Assembly (NCBI RefSeq): GCF_009914755.1
Contig: NC_060926.1
DNA: 64,000 nucleotides
Reading direction: 5' to 3' (one strand)
DNA from: the human T2T-CHM13v2.0 reference genome, Homo sapiens
Shown one piece after another: positions 14,299-26,324 of the stretch; within the stretch, counting starts at the first letter, position 1, and every line of letters starts with the position of its first letter. The notes beneath the pieces are model-generated. The model was not told the origin of the DNA, did not search any database, and saw nothing but the letters and a program-made list of their open reading frames with translations. Made by a program: the position numbers and the translations under genes.

Positions 14299-14782
14299 GC
14301 CTGCACCTCCCATTCCTGCGGAGCGCCGGGCACACAGCAGGGCTGCCTGACCATGCTGGGTGGGTGGAAGGTGGGCCCGTGATGATACGTGGCTCTGAAC
14401 ATCTCTGCATGTGCTTTCCAGGGCCCTGTAGTGGGCAGTATCCTCCGTCTACTCTGCTGGCTCTCCAGATTTCAGTGTCTTCATATTCTCGAACTCCTCC
14501 TTGTCAGTGGCAGCCCCTTCACTGGATGGCTTTGGAAGACACTGTGGCCTGTGCACCGTGCGGGGCAGCAGCAGCATACATGTGCATGACGGGGTGACAG
14601 CCTGCAGTGCCAGTGCTGGCTCCATACACAAACCTGCTTATGCTGGGCACAATCACCTTTATGAATCTGAGTATTTTCATGTGTAAAATCCCTGCTTACC
14701 GCATTGGGTGGTGGAGAGGACTGAATAAAAGAATCTTAGGTAAGAACCTTTTACAGAGCTTGGTGCATAGCAGATGCTCTCC

Positions 14783-14860
14783 AACTCCTGAGCTCAAGTG
14801 ATCCACCCACATCAGCCTCCCAAAGTGCTGTGATTACAGGCATGAGCCACTGCGCCTGGC
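14783..14860 (-). mobile_element. Alu 5' fragment (~80 nt) at the end of a MIR
   Basis: aactcctgagctcaagtgatcc...gagccactgcgcctggc; preceded by a + strand MIR (~14670-14780). Confidence 0.8.
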
Positions 14861-15740
14861 TGGGTACATAGCCGATGCTGAGGATATGCTTGGTGCTTTC
14901 TTCTTATTTCCATGTCTGGGTGTTGTAAGTTTTCCCAAAGGGATAAGAAACAAATGCTTGTGGAATCCATGTTACAGATAACTGCATAGCCCTTCTTATG
15001 TAGGGTAAGATGAAGTCCTCTGGGTACTGTTGATTACCTTCTCATAATACCAAATATTATATTAGCCTTTCATGTCCCTGAACTAGTATGCTGGTACTTT
15101 GGCCCCAGAGTACAGTCTCCAGGACTCCTACAGCCAAACGTTTAGTTGCATTTACAAAATCTAAAAAGTGCGTGTGTGTGTGTGTGTCAGGTGGGAACAC
15201 AACTTTCTTTTCTAGATGAGAATATTTTTCTTGGACTCTTCACAGTCTCCTTTAATTCAACTAATTCTTCATTTTTAACAGGATTTGGACTCCTAAGTTC
15301 CCTGTGCCAGGCAAGGGAGCAGCTGAGAGTGTCTTCTCAGGAGCTGCAGTCCTGAAGCCTGGGGAACTGGGTCATTGCTAGAAGAGGCGGCTCTCTGCAT
15401 GCCAGGAGAAACCCAGCCCAGGAGCTGCAGCCCGGCAATCCCAGGACAGAAGCGAGAGTGCACCCTACATCTTCTCATTCTGCAGCCCTCAGCATGGCAC
15501 TTGGCACAGGGCAGTGGCTGGATAAATATTTGCTGAGTTGTACTAAATACAAATAACAAGGTTTGATTAAGGATCGCATGAAGGTTGGACACACCTTCTT
15601 GACAATACGGAAATAATTTAGTTAAGAGTCACAGATGCTCTACGCAGGAAAGAAAATGAGTAAAATAAAGGGAAACGTTTCCTACCTATAGGGGGAAACA
15701 TCATAAATATTAGGTAAGTAATGAACATTCAAAAAACTTA

Positions 15741-16056
<316 letters not shown>

Positions 16057-17339
16057 CACTTAGACTAAGGATAATTTTAATGGCTGGTAGTTTATGCTTT
16101 TTCACACAAGTATAGTATGAAATAAAAATCATCTCTGGCCTTTTGGCACCTGTAAAATCAGTGTCTTGCAGGATAAACGGTGTGGTCAAGGGACACAGTC
16201 CTGATCTAGGAGGTGTAGCTGATGCTCCCCATTCCTGGGCGGACGCCATCTCTTGTGGGAACTCACAGTTCTCCCTGTACCACCAGTGAGGGCTCCTCAC
16301 CCTCTATCCTCTATTGTACCTATTTATAAACTCACACATAGCTACACAGCAGTGCACACTTCCTGAGGGTGAGGGCTTTTTCAATTCATTCTTGAATTCT
16401 GTGGTTCCTCAATTTGTGGCATGGTTTCTTGTAAATAAGAGACCCTCAGGAAATCACGAGGAAGACAGATACTCAAGCACCAAGCTGTAACCCAAGACAG
16501 GATGAACTCAGCACCAAAATAGAAAAACCACTGCGGGTGCCATGGAGGGCAGTGGGGAAGAGTGGGGTAAGGAGCTCAACCTCCCAGGGTCACACCCTGC
16601 CTTTGTCTCCTCTTAGCTGTATGAGTTCAGGCAAGTTATCTAAGCTCCATGGCCAGGGGTGTCTCGATGACACATGTGGGCAACAGCACCCACATATTCC
16701 CAGAGATGTTGAGAAGCCAAAGAAGGGAGCGGCTTGGAGAGAGTTCTGGGGAAAAGAACGGCAGTTCTGTGTGGACTGCCAGGACCAGCCCTGCCTTCTA
16801 AGGTGCTCTGGAACAGGCCCAGTCGTCTAGAGCCCTCAGCGTCCATTGCCACAACTCAGCCAGGACAATACCATGTGAAGAAGCAAGGCTGGCGCATGCC
16901 CTGGTGCACACTGCTCTGGGATGTGTTGGAACAGAGCCCAGGAATCTGCTGTGCAGCCTCACAGGCGGCCATCTGGGTCCTCCTGCCGTGCCAGCTTCCT
17001 TTGTGGGCTAAGCTCATCCCAGGGCTGATGGAGACTGCTCTCCCTTGCAACCTGCACTTCCCATCTTGTCCCCTCTCAGGCAGCAAGCTTGCTGTTCTCT
17101 TTACAAGGAAGAGCAGAGGAGCCATTGAAGCCAGCCCCTCCGCTGGTCTCAACTACGTCTCTCATTCAATATCCCCTTCCAGCCTGCTTCCGAGTAAGAA
17201 GTTTCCATTGAAATCTCTGCTCGCTGCCAGGAATCGTGGCCCCAAATCACAGGGTGGATCCGGGGCTCCTGTTGGATCCCACCTACGCTTCCACATCAGC
17301 CCCTGCCGCCGCCCCCTCTTGTGAGGGTCTCGCTGTATC

Positions 17340-17611
17340 TTTTTCTTTTCTTTTTGGAGACTCTGCTACTCTGGCTGGAGTTTCAGTGACACGATCATGG
17401 CTCGCCGCAGCCTTGGACCTCCTAGACCCAAGTGGCCTTTCCCCTCAGCCCCTGAGACTCTGGGATTACAGGTGCACACCATGTCTGGCTAATCTGTGTA
17501 TTTTTTGCCACCATGTTGTCCAGGCTGGTCTCAAACTCCTGGCCTCGAGTGATCCTCTGCCTCAGCCTCCAAAAGTTCTGGAATTTTAGGTGTGAGCCAC
17601 TGCGCCTGACC
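17340..17611 (-). mobile_element. AluJ-like (degenerate)
   Basis: ggctggagtttcagtgacacgatcatggctc...caggctggtctcaaactcctggcctcgagtgatcc. Confidence 0.82.
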
Positions 17612-18609
17612 TAGATCCTTTTCTTAAAGCTGACCTCTGAGGACCCACTCTCTCCCATCCTTCTTTCCAGTGTGTCTGTCCATCCCTCTCGCCTGGTTCG
17701 CCTCCTGCTTTCCTTCAGCTCAGACCCCTCCACCCTCCAACGGCTAACCTGCCCTCTCTCATGCAGTCAGGACCCTGTTGGCTATCACTTTTAACATCCT
17801 TCTTTCAAAGAACACCACTGACCCATCCCCCAAATCCACAGTCTTGTCAATTCCTCTCCATCAGCGAAGACTAGGATTCTCTGGATCACGTTCCCCCAAA
17901 TTTCCATCTCTCGGGTTCACCACACTGGCTCTCAGAGCTCTATCCTGGTCCTTTCACCTCTCAGAGGACATCATAGCTGCCTCTCCTGCTCCACAAAGAA
18001 GGATTCGAACTGGCGTTTTCAGCCCTAACCTCTCCGGTCAGCACTCCTTGCTGCCTCTGTCACATCAAGTTCATCTTAGGGTTTTCCCTTAACCACGCCC
18101 CTAATTCCTATCGCACAGTTAGGCACTGCTGTCTCCTTTCTCCTTCCTCACCGTTTTGCAAATTTATTTATTAGACATCGGTTTTTCTGCACAGTTCACT
18201 GGCTGTAAGAGCTTGTGAGGTGGGGCCTCATGACAACCCAGCGTCGGTCCACGTTCTCCATAGTTAGTTCCTGAATGTATGAGGTGATTGTTCTTCCCTT
18301 CCGAAGCTTTAAAATAATACTTGGCTAGTTTTTCCCCCTTTCCCCTATCAAATAATTTATCACATTCTGGTTTTGGCTGTTGCCATTTTTTCCCGTTTCC
18401 TTGCATCTGCCTGGACACCACCCTCCTCCATGCCTGATCCTACCAAGAGGGAGCATTGCTGGAGTCCCCAGGTGCTCCCCTCCCCTGCTTTCCTGTCTAT
18501 CCCCCATGCCCCGCTGTGATGCCTTCTGTCCGGGAATTCTCGGGCATAAGAACCCAGAGTGGTTCTCTGCTGATTACCCCAAGTCTAGCAATAATGCCTC
18601 CTTTTCCTT

Positions 18610-19289
18610 ACTTGCCTTTGCAAAATTATGACTGACACAGTGAAAGAGATCTGACTTAACCCACTCCATCTTGCTTTTAACATCCAAGCTGTCCATATTC
18701 ATTCCTGGGCAAAGGCTGAATTAGCTTTGGGAGAAACTTAGTTTACAGTTTAAACAAAGATGATAACGGCCCTTTCCCAAAGCAGACCTCCTTCTTGCCT
18801 GGGGACTACATTGCCCTTGTGGAACTAACATTAGCCATAAGATTTAAAATTATGATTTAGGAGTCATGCAGCTGGAGGCTACAAGATTCTGACCCTCCCT
18901 AAGCTGCTCCTAAGACCAGTGTTCTGATATTTTGCAGACCCTGCACCTGATGGATCAGCTGGCACCACCCGGATCAATAAACTGGCTCATCTGATCTTAT
19001 GGCCCCAACCCAGGAACTGACTGAGCGCAAGAAGACAGCTCCACCTCCCTATGATCTCATCCCTGACCAATCAGCACTCCTGGCTCACTGGCTTCCCCCT
19101 ACCCACCAAGTTATCCTTAAAAACTCTGCTCCTTGAATGCTCGGGGGAGACTGACTGGAGTAATAATGAAACTCCAGCCTCCCACACAGATGCCCTGAGT
19201 GAATTACTCTTTCTCTATTGCAATTCCCCCGTCTTGGTGAATCAGCTCTGTCTGGGCAGCAGGCAAGGTGAACCCCTTGGGCGGTTACA
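18610..19289 (+). mobile_element. ERV1 solo LTR, LTR8-like
   Basis: gcctttgcaaaattatgactga.acagtgaaagagatct...cccttgggcggttaca matches my recall of the LTR8 termini. Confidence 0.8.
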
Positions 19290-20280
19290 TTATCGGGTTG
19301 AAGTACAAACAGGCACACAGGGGTCCGCCAGGTGGGGATTGGGCAGCCGCTGCTGTCTCTCTTCCCACAGCCAATTTTCTTACTGGAGGAAACCAACCTT
19401 CACTCCACTCCACAATGGAATGAATACACAGAGCAGGCTCTTTGTATATTTATTGTTTACAAAATCAGGCTCTGTTTACAAAACTTTTTTGTACTTGCTA
19501 TTTTTCACTTAAAAAAAAATCACAGCCATCTCTCTAGGCTAATGTCTATCCATTGAACTCATCTTTTTGAATGGCTGCATAGTATTCCTCAGAATATACC
19601 TACTATAATTTATCCAGCCAGCCCTCCAAGTTCCTTTACTAACAAGGCTTATGTTGTTTTATTTCACTACAAAAATAATTTACAAAAATGATTACATGTA
19701 TTTTGCATGTATTTCCAGAATAGAGTTTTCTAAAAAGATATCGTCACTTTACCATTAAAAAAGAAAACATTCCACGCCCTTTTTAGTAACATGTGATCAT
19801 GCTGGTTTCTGGAAGCGCTGGTCACCTTTAATTTTATTCCGTCCTTGGCTTTGGTTGAGTAAAGCCACGTGTCTCGTCATTTCCTGGCCCCCAGGGAGGG
19901 TAAGCGTTCTCTCACACCCTCACCGTCCACAGCTCCTCGTCTGTGAAATTGTGATTCATATCCTTTGCCTGTTTTTCTTCTTTCTTTTCACATTTTTCAC
20001 ATTGATTCATAATAGCTGTCTGTACACTGCGGTGCTAACCCCTTTGCCCACCTTATCTGTCACCAGTATTTTCTTACAGCTTATTGTTGATATTGTTTTG
20101 TTGTTTTTCTATTTTGCTCATGGTATTTTTTCCCATGTATACATAAACGTTTTCGGTCATTCAGTCATTTGAAAAGAATCCCAGTCTCCGTGGCCTGCAT
20201 GTGACTTTCTCACTAAGCCTTGCATTTTGGGGTGAGTGGCCGAGCCCCTGACGGGCCTGTTCCTTCCGGTGCCCTCACCA

Positions 20281-20493
20281 GGCTCAGCCCTGGTTCAGGC
20301 CCTGCTCCCTCCTCCCAGCGAGTCCTCCTGGGGGGCTCAGCCCTGGTTCACGCCCTGCTCCCTCCTCCCAGCGAGTCCTCCTGGGGGGCTCAGCCCTGGT
20401 TCAGGCCCTGCTCCCTCCTCCCAGCGAGTCCTCCTGGGGGGCTCAGCCCTGGTTCACGCCCTGCCCCCTCCTCCCAGCGAGTCCTCCTGGGGG
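20281..20493. repeat. GC-rich minisatellite, 4 x 53 bp (ABAB variants ttcagg/ttcacg)
   Basis: ggctcagccctggttca(g/c)gccctgctccctcctcccagcgagtcctcctgggg repeated four times. Confidence 0.92.
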
Positions 20494-22277
20494 CATCTGA
20501 CTCCACTGACTCCACCCCTGGGCCGTGCTGTCTCCCGGTGATGCTCAGAGGTGTCGGCTCCCTCCCTGATGAATGCCTGTCCCAGCAGATGTGTGGCTAC
20601 GGTGCTAGTGAAAAAAGCTCTCTTTGATAGCTACAAAAAACACAAATGTGACTGAAGAGCTGATTTTAACAAGTAATAGACAGTGTTCTGTATTGCTGAT
20701 CTATAGGGCTGTTCTGAGACTACATCTGGTTTATATTCAGCATTTTCTATCTTTACTTCTCCCTAATTCAGATTTTAGTAATGTGGTAAAAAAAATTTAA
20801 AATTAAAAATTCAAATATGTTTTGCCATAGAAAAATATTACTGGAACTTCCCATTTATACAGGTATTTGAAATTATCTTAATGATTTTTCTAGTTTGCAT
20901 ATTCTTTTTAATTTTTTTAAATTATTCTACTTATTTTTTAGGGGGAGGAAAATACTAAAAGAATAAAGAACAGACAGAAAACTTAGAGAAACCTGTGTCT
21001 ACAAGTGATAGAATGTGGAATCTGTGACATATGTTAAGTATTCACTGGGGAGGAAATACGTTATTCCACAGAAAAGTCATAGAAATGAAAATGTTCTGAA
21101 AGTTATTAAATGGGAAACATGAAGTTTAGAGACAGGGTATGGGCTTGGAATAGTTTTTTTTTTTTCCTACTTACTGTGTTGTTTTAGCTTTCAGGCATCT
21201 ATTTTATCATCTGCACGAACTATTCCACAGGAATGTCTTTCCTGTGTGTTTATGTGACGGGGTGGATGTGAACACTCTAGCATGTGTGGAAGAACCCGGA
21301 AAATGCACAGGGCTCCACACGTGTGAGGGGACGCTGCTATGTGCCCAGTGCGGTAGCTGTGAGTTCACTAGACTGTCGTCCTCACTGCGCTCTCCTGCTG
21401 GGAGTGCCCTTCACCATGAGAGAAATGCACCGCTAATATCACACTGCCCTCCCTTCAAGGAGCAGGAAAGAAAAAAAGCATCAACAAGAGCATTCTAAAT
21501 AATAAGAGAAAACCCTAAAAAAACACCTGCCTCTTGCAGAAGAGAGGAGAAAGTTCTAGAAGGGGTGGAAGGGAAAAGGAAGGAACATTATGTTGTCAGC
21601 ACAGCCGCTGTAGGGGGAGGACTGAAGGAAGTGAGTGGGTGGTCTCTCGCTGACCACTGCTGCCGGGTAGTGGTTGAGCATGAGAGAGGCCCTCCCGTGT
21701 GGGTTCGAAGCACAGACCCTTTGTTCCCGGGTGATGGGCGTGGGACCAGCTGATGCCGAAATCCCCGTCCCAGACAACACTGCCTGGGCTTGGTGCTCCT
21801 TTATCAAGGGGAGTCCCAGGAGGAGGCCAGCGTGTAGTGGGATTCTCAGGGCTGCTGCAGGTGACGAGGTGGGCAGCGGCTCTGCCTAGGACTGCCCCAG
21901 GGGACAGAGGCAAGTGAAGAGCTACAAGAGAGAGGAAGGAAGCTGCCCTCTGTTTCTTAGAATCCAAGATGGGGTCAATCCAGCCATCAGAAAGGAAGAA
22001 GTGACTGATATGGAAGAGGAGAGGGGGAAATCTGAAGGAATGGTTTACAAGAAAAAGCTGAGGCATCTTCCCAGGATGGAAAGTGGAAGAGGGAAGGGCC
22101 GGAGAGGCTGAGGTGGAGGAAGCGGTGTGCAGGCTGATTGTTTTGACCACATAAGGAAGTGGTTTGTGGACAATGTGGTCTGGAAGAGGCTAGGAAACCG
22201 GGCTAGGAGATGTGAGTGCTGCTGTTTATTTAGTTCTTTTCTCACACGCAGAGAGCACACAACCTAACCGTCTACAG

Positions 22278-23223
22278 TGGGGGCCGCCCTGCCTCAGTGT
22301 GGACTGTACAGAACCGAGTGTAGACAGGCCACCTTTACCTACTGAGTGAGGGCCGTCTTGCCTCAGTGTGGGCTGTACAGAACCGAGTGTAGACGGGCCA
22401 CCTTTACCTAGTGAGTGAGGGCCGTCTTGCCTCAGTGTGGACTGCACAGAACCGAGTATAGATGGGCCGCCTTTACCTAGTGAGTGAGGGCTGCCCTGCC
22501 TCAGTGTGGGCTGCACAGAGCCGAGTGTAGACGGGCCGCCTTTACCTAGTGAGTGAGGGCCGCCCTGCCTCAGTGTGGGCTGCACAGAACCGAGTGTAGA
22601 CGGGCTGCCTTTACCTAGTGAGTGAGGGCCGCCCTGCCTCAGTGTGGGCTGTACAGAACCGAGTGTAGACGGGCCGCCTTTACCTAGTGAGGGCCACCCT
22701 GCTTCAGTGTGGGCTGCACAGAACCGAGTGTAGATGGGCCGCCTTTACCTAGTGAGTGAGGGCCACCCTACCTCAGTGTGGGCTGCACAGAACCGAGTGT
22801 AGACGGGCCGCCTTTACCTAGTGAGCGAGGGCCGCCCTGCCTCAGTGTGGGCTGCACAGAACCGAGTGTAGACGGGCCGCCTTTACCTAGTGAGTGAGGG
22901 CCGCCCTGCTTCAGTGTGGACTGCATGGAACCGAGTGTAGACGGGCTGCCTTTACCTAGTGAGTGAGGGCTGCCCTGCCTCAGTGTGGGCTGCACAGAAC
23001 CGAGTGTAGACGGGCCGCCTTTACCTAGTGAGGGCCGCCCTGCTTCAGTGTGGGCTGTACAGAACCGAGTGTAGACGGGCTGCCTTTACCTAGTGAGTGA
23101 GGGCCGCCCTGCCTCAGTGTGGGCTGTACAGAACCGAGTGTAGACGGGCCGCCTTTACCTAGTGAGGGCCACCCTGCTTCAGTGTGGGCTGCACAGAACC
23201 GAGTGTAGACGGGCCGCCTTTAC
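22278..23223. repeat. VNTR, ~14 x 69/65 bp, abutting the MYT1L 5'UTR exon donor
   Basis: tttacct anchor at 22334, 22403, 22472, 22541, 22610, 22679, 22744, 22813, 22882, 22951, 23020, 23085, 23154 and 23219. Confidence 0.96.
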
Positions 23224-23380
23224 CTTACAGGAAGTCTTCTCTCCTAGGAACGGAGGCAGCGTGACTCCTGGCAGGACGCAGGCCCAGAGTCAGGGGCTCG
23301 CTCTAAGCTCTACTCCTGGTCCTCTCCAGCTTGTGACTGTGGCAAAGTCACTTAATCTCTCTATGCCTTGATTTCTCCAT
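23224..23380 (-). other. MYT1L: MYT1L 5'UTR exon (157 nt) immediately upstream of the start-codon exon; MIR-derived
   Basis: ttttatattttacag|ATGGAGAAATC...CTTCCTGTAAG|gtaaag. Splicing gives AAG|ATGG (strong Kozak). An in-frame upstream TGA lies at 23290-23292. Length and sequence agree with my recall of the MYT1L 5'UTR. Confidence 0.88.
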
Positions 23381-23430
23381 CTGTAAAATATAAAAAGCAA
23401 TATACAGCACCTCATGAATTCATCGCCACC
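23270..23430 (+). mobile_element. MIR (antisense to MYT1L) supplying the acceptor and 5' part of the UTR exon
   Basis: gtgactgtggcaaagtcacttaatctctctatgccttgatttctccatctgtaaaat aligns with the MIR core gtgaccttgggcaagttacttaacctctctgtgcctcagtttcctcatctgtaaaat. Confidence 0.8.
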
Positions 23431-26206
23431 TTAGGGAGAGACATACACAGGGCGTCCTCTTTGCAACCGTCAACATGCACACAGCAGCTTCCTCCAGGAA
23501 CCAAATGTTCTCTTTCATGTCCATGAGCAACGCATTCCCCTTTAGAGTTTATTCTCCTAGGCTTGACGCCTGCTGTTCGGACTCTGACCCTTGCCCAGGC
23601 TCCTGTTGGGAGCAAGCCCCAGCTGGGACAGCTTGTTCTCTGCCAGCTACGTCAGCTCTGTGCTCTGCCTGATATGGTTCCATGAGCTCCCAGTTCCTGT
23701 GGACCAGAAGCCCTGCACACAGCCTTATCCTCCCTCCTTCCCAGACTCGGGGTAGACTCAGCCCGTGTGGCAGCATCATGGAGGAGCTCCACACCAGGAT
23801 TCGTGCTGTCACCCTTATTTATTCTGTGATGTCTCCAGGGACTTCTGGGGTGAGAGGACCAGCCTAGTCTCCTTAAAATTCATAGAACTAAAAACCTTAC
23901 AAAACACTTTCTTACCCATTATGTCATTTGGCCATCAATTGAACTTTATGTGAATTTTATGAATAAAGATACTGATACTCAGAGAGTATCAGAGAGTGCT
24001 CAGAACTCCCCAGTTAGTCAGGAGATAATAATTGAAACTGAATTATCTGTGTTGAGATCCAGTATAGTTCTTCCCACCATGAATTAAGGCCTGTCCCTAC
24101 ACATGCTCAGGAAGGACCCACAACGCTGAGACACGGGTCAGGGAATTTGAGTCTCGCCACTAGGTCCTCGGGGAGCCTTGGGTGGTGGCATTGGATAATT
24201 GTCCCCTTATGATTTCCATTCCAAAGGATTCAGTGCTTCTTGCTCTCCAGGGTTGACAGGACTAAACCTCTCTGGGCTGTTTTGAACCTCAACAGGTCAA
24301 GTGAGCAGAGAGCCCGGAGCCCTGCGATGATGCAGCTTGATGCAGATAACCATCATGGAAGTGCCGCTGCACTTTCTATGCAATTCCTCATTAGAGCAAC
24401 AGGAAACCAGAGCGTAGAGTTAAATAAGAAATACAGGGAGTCATAATAGGGACATTTTCCCCAGAATTCGCAAATCTTTTCCTTCGACCTGGAAACTAAC
24501 CCACCTTGTCCACTTCTGCTGACCATTAGGGACTGAGCCCTAAACCCTTTCCTTGTGTACTTAATTTTCCCCAGAGAACAATTTCGTCCATACACACAGT
24601 TAATAAGGGATGGAGCATGTATGTCTTGTCAAGAACATAATGGTAGATATGAACCTCAGAAGGTTAAAAATCCTGATTAGTCCCTTGAAGGAGAAAGGAA
24701 TTAGACCAGATTGATCTTTTTTCTCTACTACATTGTAGTTTAAAACAAAAGAACTTCTCTTACCCCTCCTTTGGATACGATAACTCCCCTAAACATTACC
24801 ATGAACTCTGAACTATCTTACAGAATCCTCTGTTATGCGAGACCCCAGAGCCCACACAATTCCTACCCGCCTTTGGATCTTATGTGCCTGCTCCTAGTGG
24901 TTAACATGGATTCACTGGGGGAAAAAAAAAGAAAAGAAAGAAAAAGAGAAAGAAAATGTTCGCACTGCCCTGTGAAGACAGATTCTAAATGATCAGACAT
25001 GCTCTACATGTGACCCAAGCAACAAGCAAAATCTTCAACGCGTAAACAATGTGCGATTAGACAGAATGGGTTATAACAGCACCACCACTTACTACTTCAT
25101 GATTTGAGCATGTTGTTTCATAAGCATTAATTTCCTAGACTTTCAATGTCTGAATTAAATAATATATCAAAAATGTCTGGCTTATCATTAAGTGCTCAAT
25201 AAATGATAGTAGGCAGTGATATTAATATCACTGGATACCAATTTATTAATATACATTTTCAGTTTCTAATTTCTAAATGTGATGATCTAGACAAGCAGCA
25301 AAGGTCACATACAGAAAATTCTGGCTCCCTACATATGAATGTGACCAGTTAATTTGCCCACCCTTGACTGAGGGCTGAGTCTCTGGCACTCTGCTAGACA
25401 CGGGTAATGCAGTATAAAACAGATGGGTAAGATATCGCTACATCAACTCAAGGCAAGGTGGAGAGAAAGAATAGACAGAAGCTGGAATTGACACAGTTGA
25501 AATCTTAAATATGTAGAAAAATAATTTATTTTGGGTGTAAAGACAAATGGAAAATATGAAAGAACAGAAAATTTAAAAATATAAAAATGTATTTTTGCAT
25601 AAAAAAGAAATTCCATGGCCATCTTTAAATTTACCACCCCAAAGGTCAATAAATGGAAAACTCAACATAATCTATTAAAATAAAAAAAATGAAAACGAGT
25701 TAATACATTGGCAACATGCTCAGTTTTCATGCTGTGACATATGTGGGGTGTTTGTCTTTTTTAGTAAATTATTTTATAAAGCTATAGTTACTTTAAAAAG
25801 CATTTTGCAATCAGCTAATATCAATGGAATATTAGTAATAATACCCAGAAACATACATATGACTAGCTCATATCTAAAAATTAAACAGTTATTAATGAAT
25901 GACAAGCAAAGTATGCTACAATTCATATTCATAGTATAAATTCAAATGCGTGTGAGGTTCTTATTAAAGTTGTCATATAAAGCATGCTCATTGGTGGGAT
26001 TTTATGAACAATAACCTTATGCTAGACAATGCTCCTTAAAGAGCCAACAGAACAAAGAATAATGATGTGATGGAGAAGTTCCTTGCCTGAAATCCGTCCA
26101 CGTTATTCTAATCAGAAGGTGGCTGTGCATGACTCCAGAACAAAGTACTGCACAAAACCTACAGCTCCCCTCCCTGGGCAGGAGCAGGGCAGCCAGGCAG
26201 TCCCCT

Positions 26207-26324
26207 GAGCCTCTGTGGCCACAACCTGGTGCACAGAGTCCTGTCCCAGGGCAGGGGTTCGAGTCCGTCCTCCGAGCCTCTGCGGCCACAACCTGGTGCA
26301 CAGACTCCTGTCCCAGGGCAGGGG
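26207..26324. repeat. Direct duplication, 2 x ~51 bp (period 67)
   Basis: gagcctctg(t/c)ggccacaacctggtgcacaga(g/c)tcctgtcccagggcagggg occurs twice. Confidence 0.85.

Noticed and set aside
16507-16530. tcagcacc half-site suggesting REST/NRSE
   Set aside because: The ggacag half-site is absent.
16734-22150. Longer unique-sequence ORFs (16734-17324, 21596-22150)
   Set aside because: Non-ATG starts, no recognisable domains and an intronic context.
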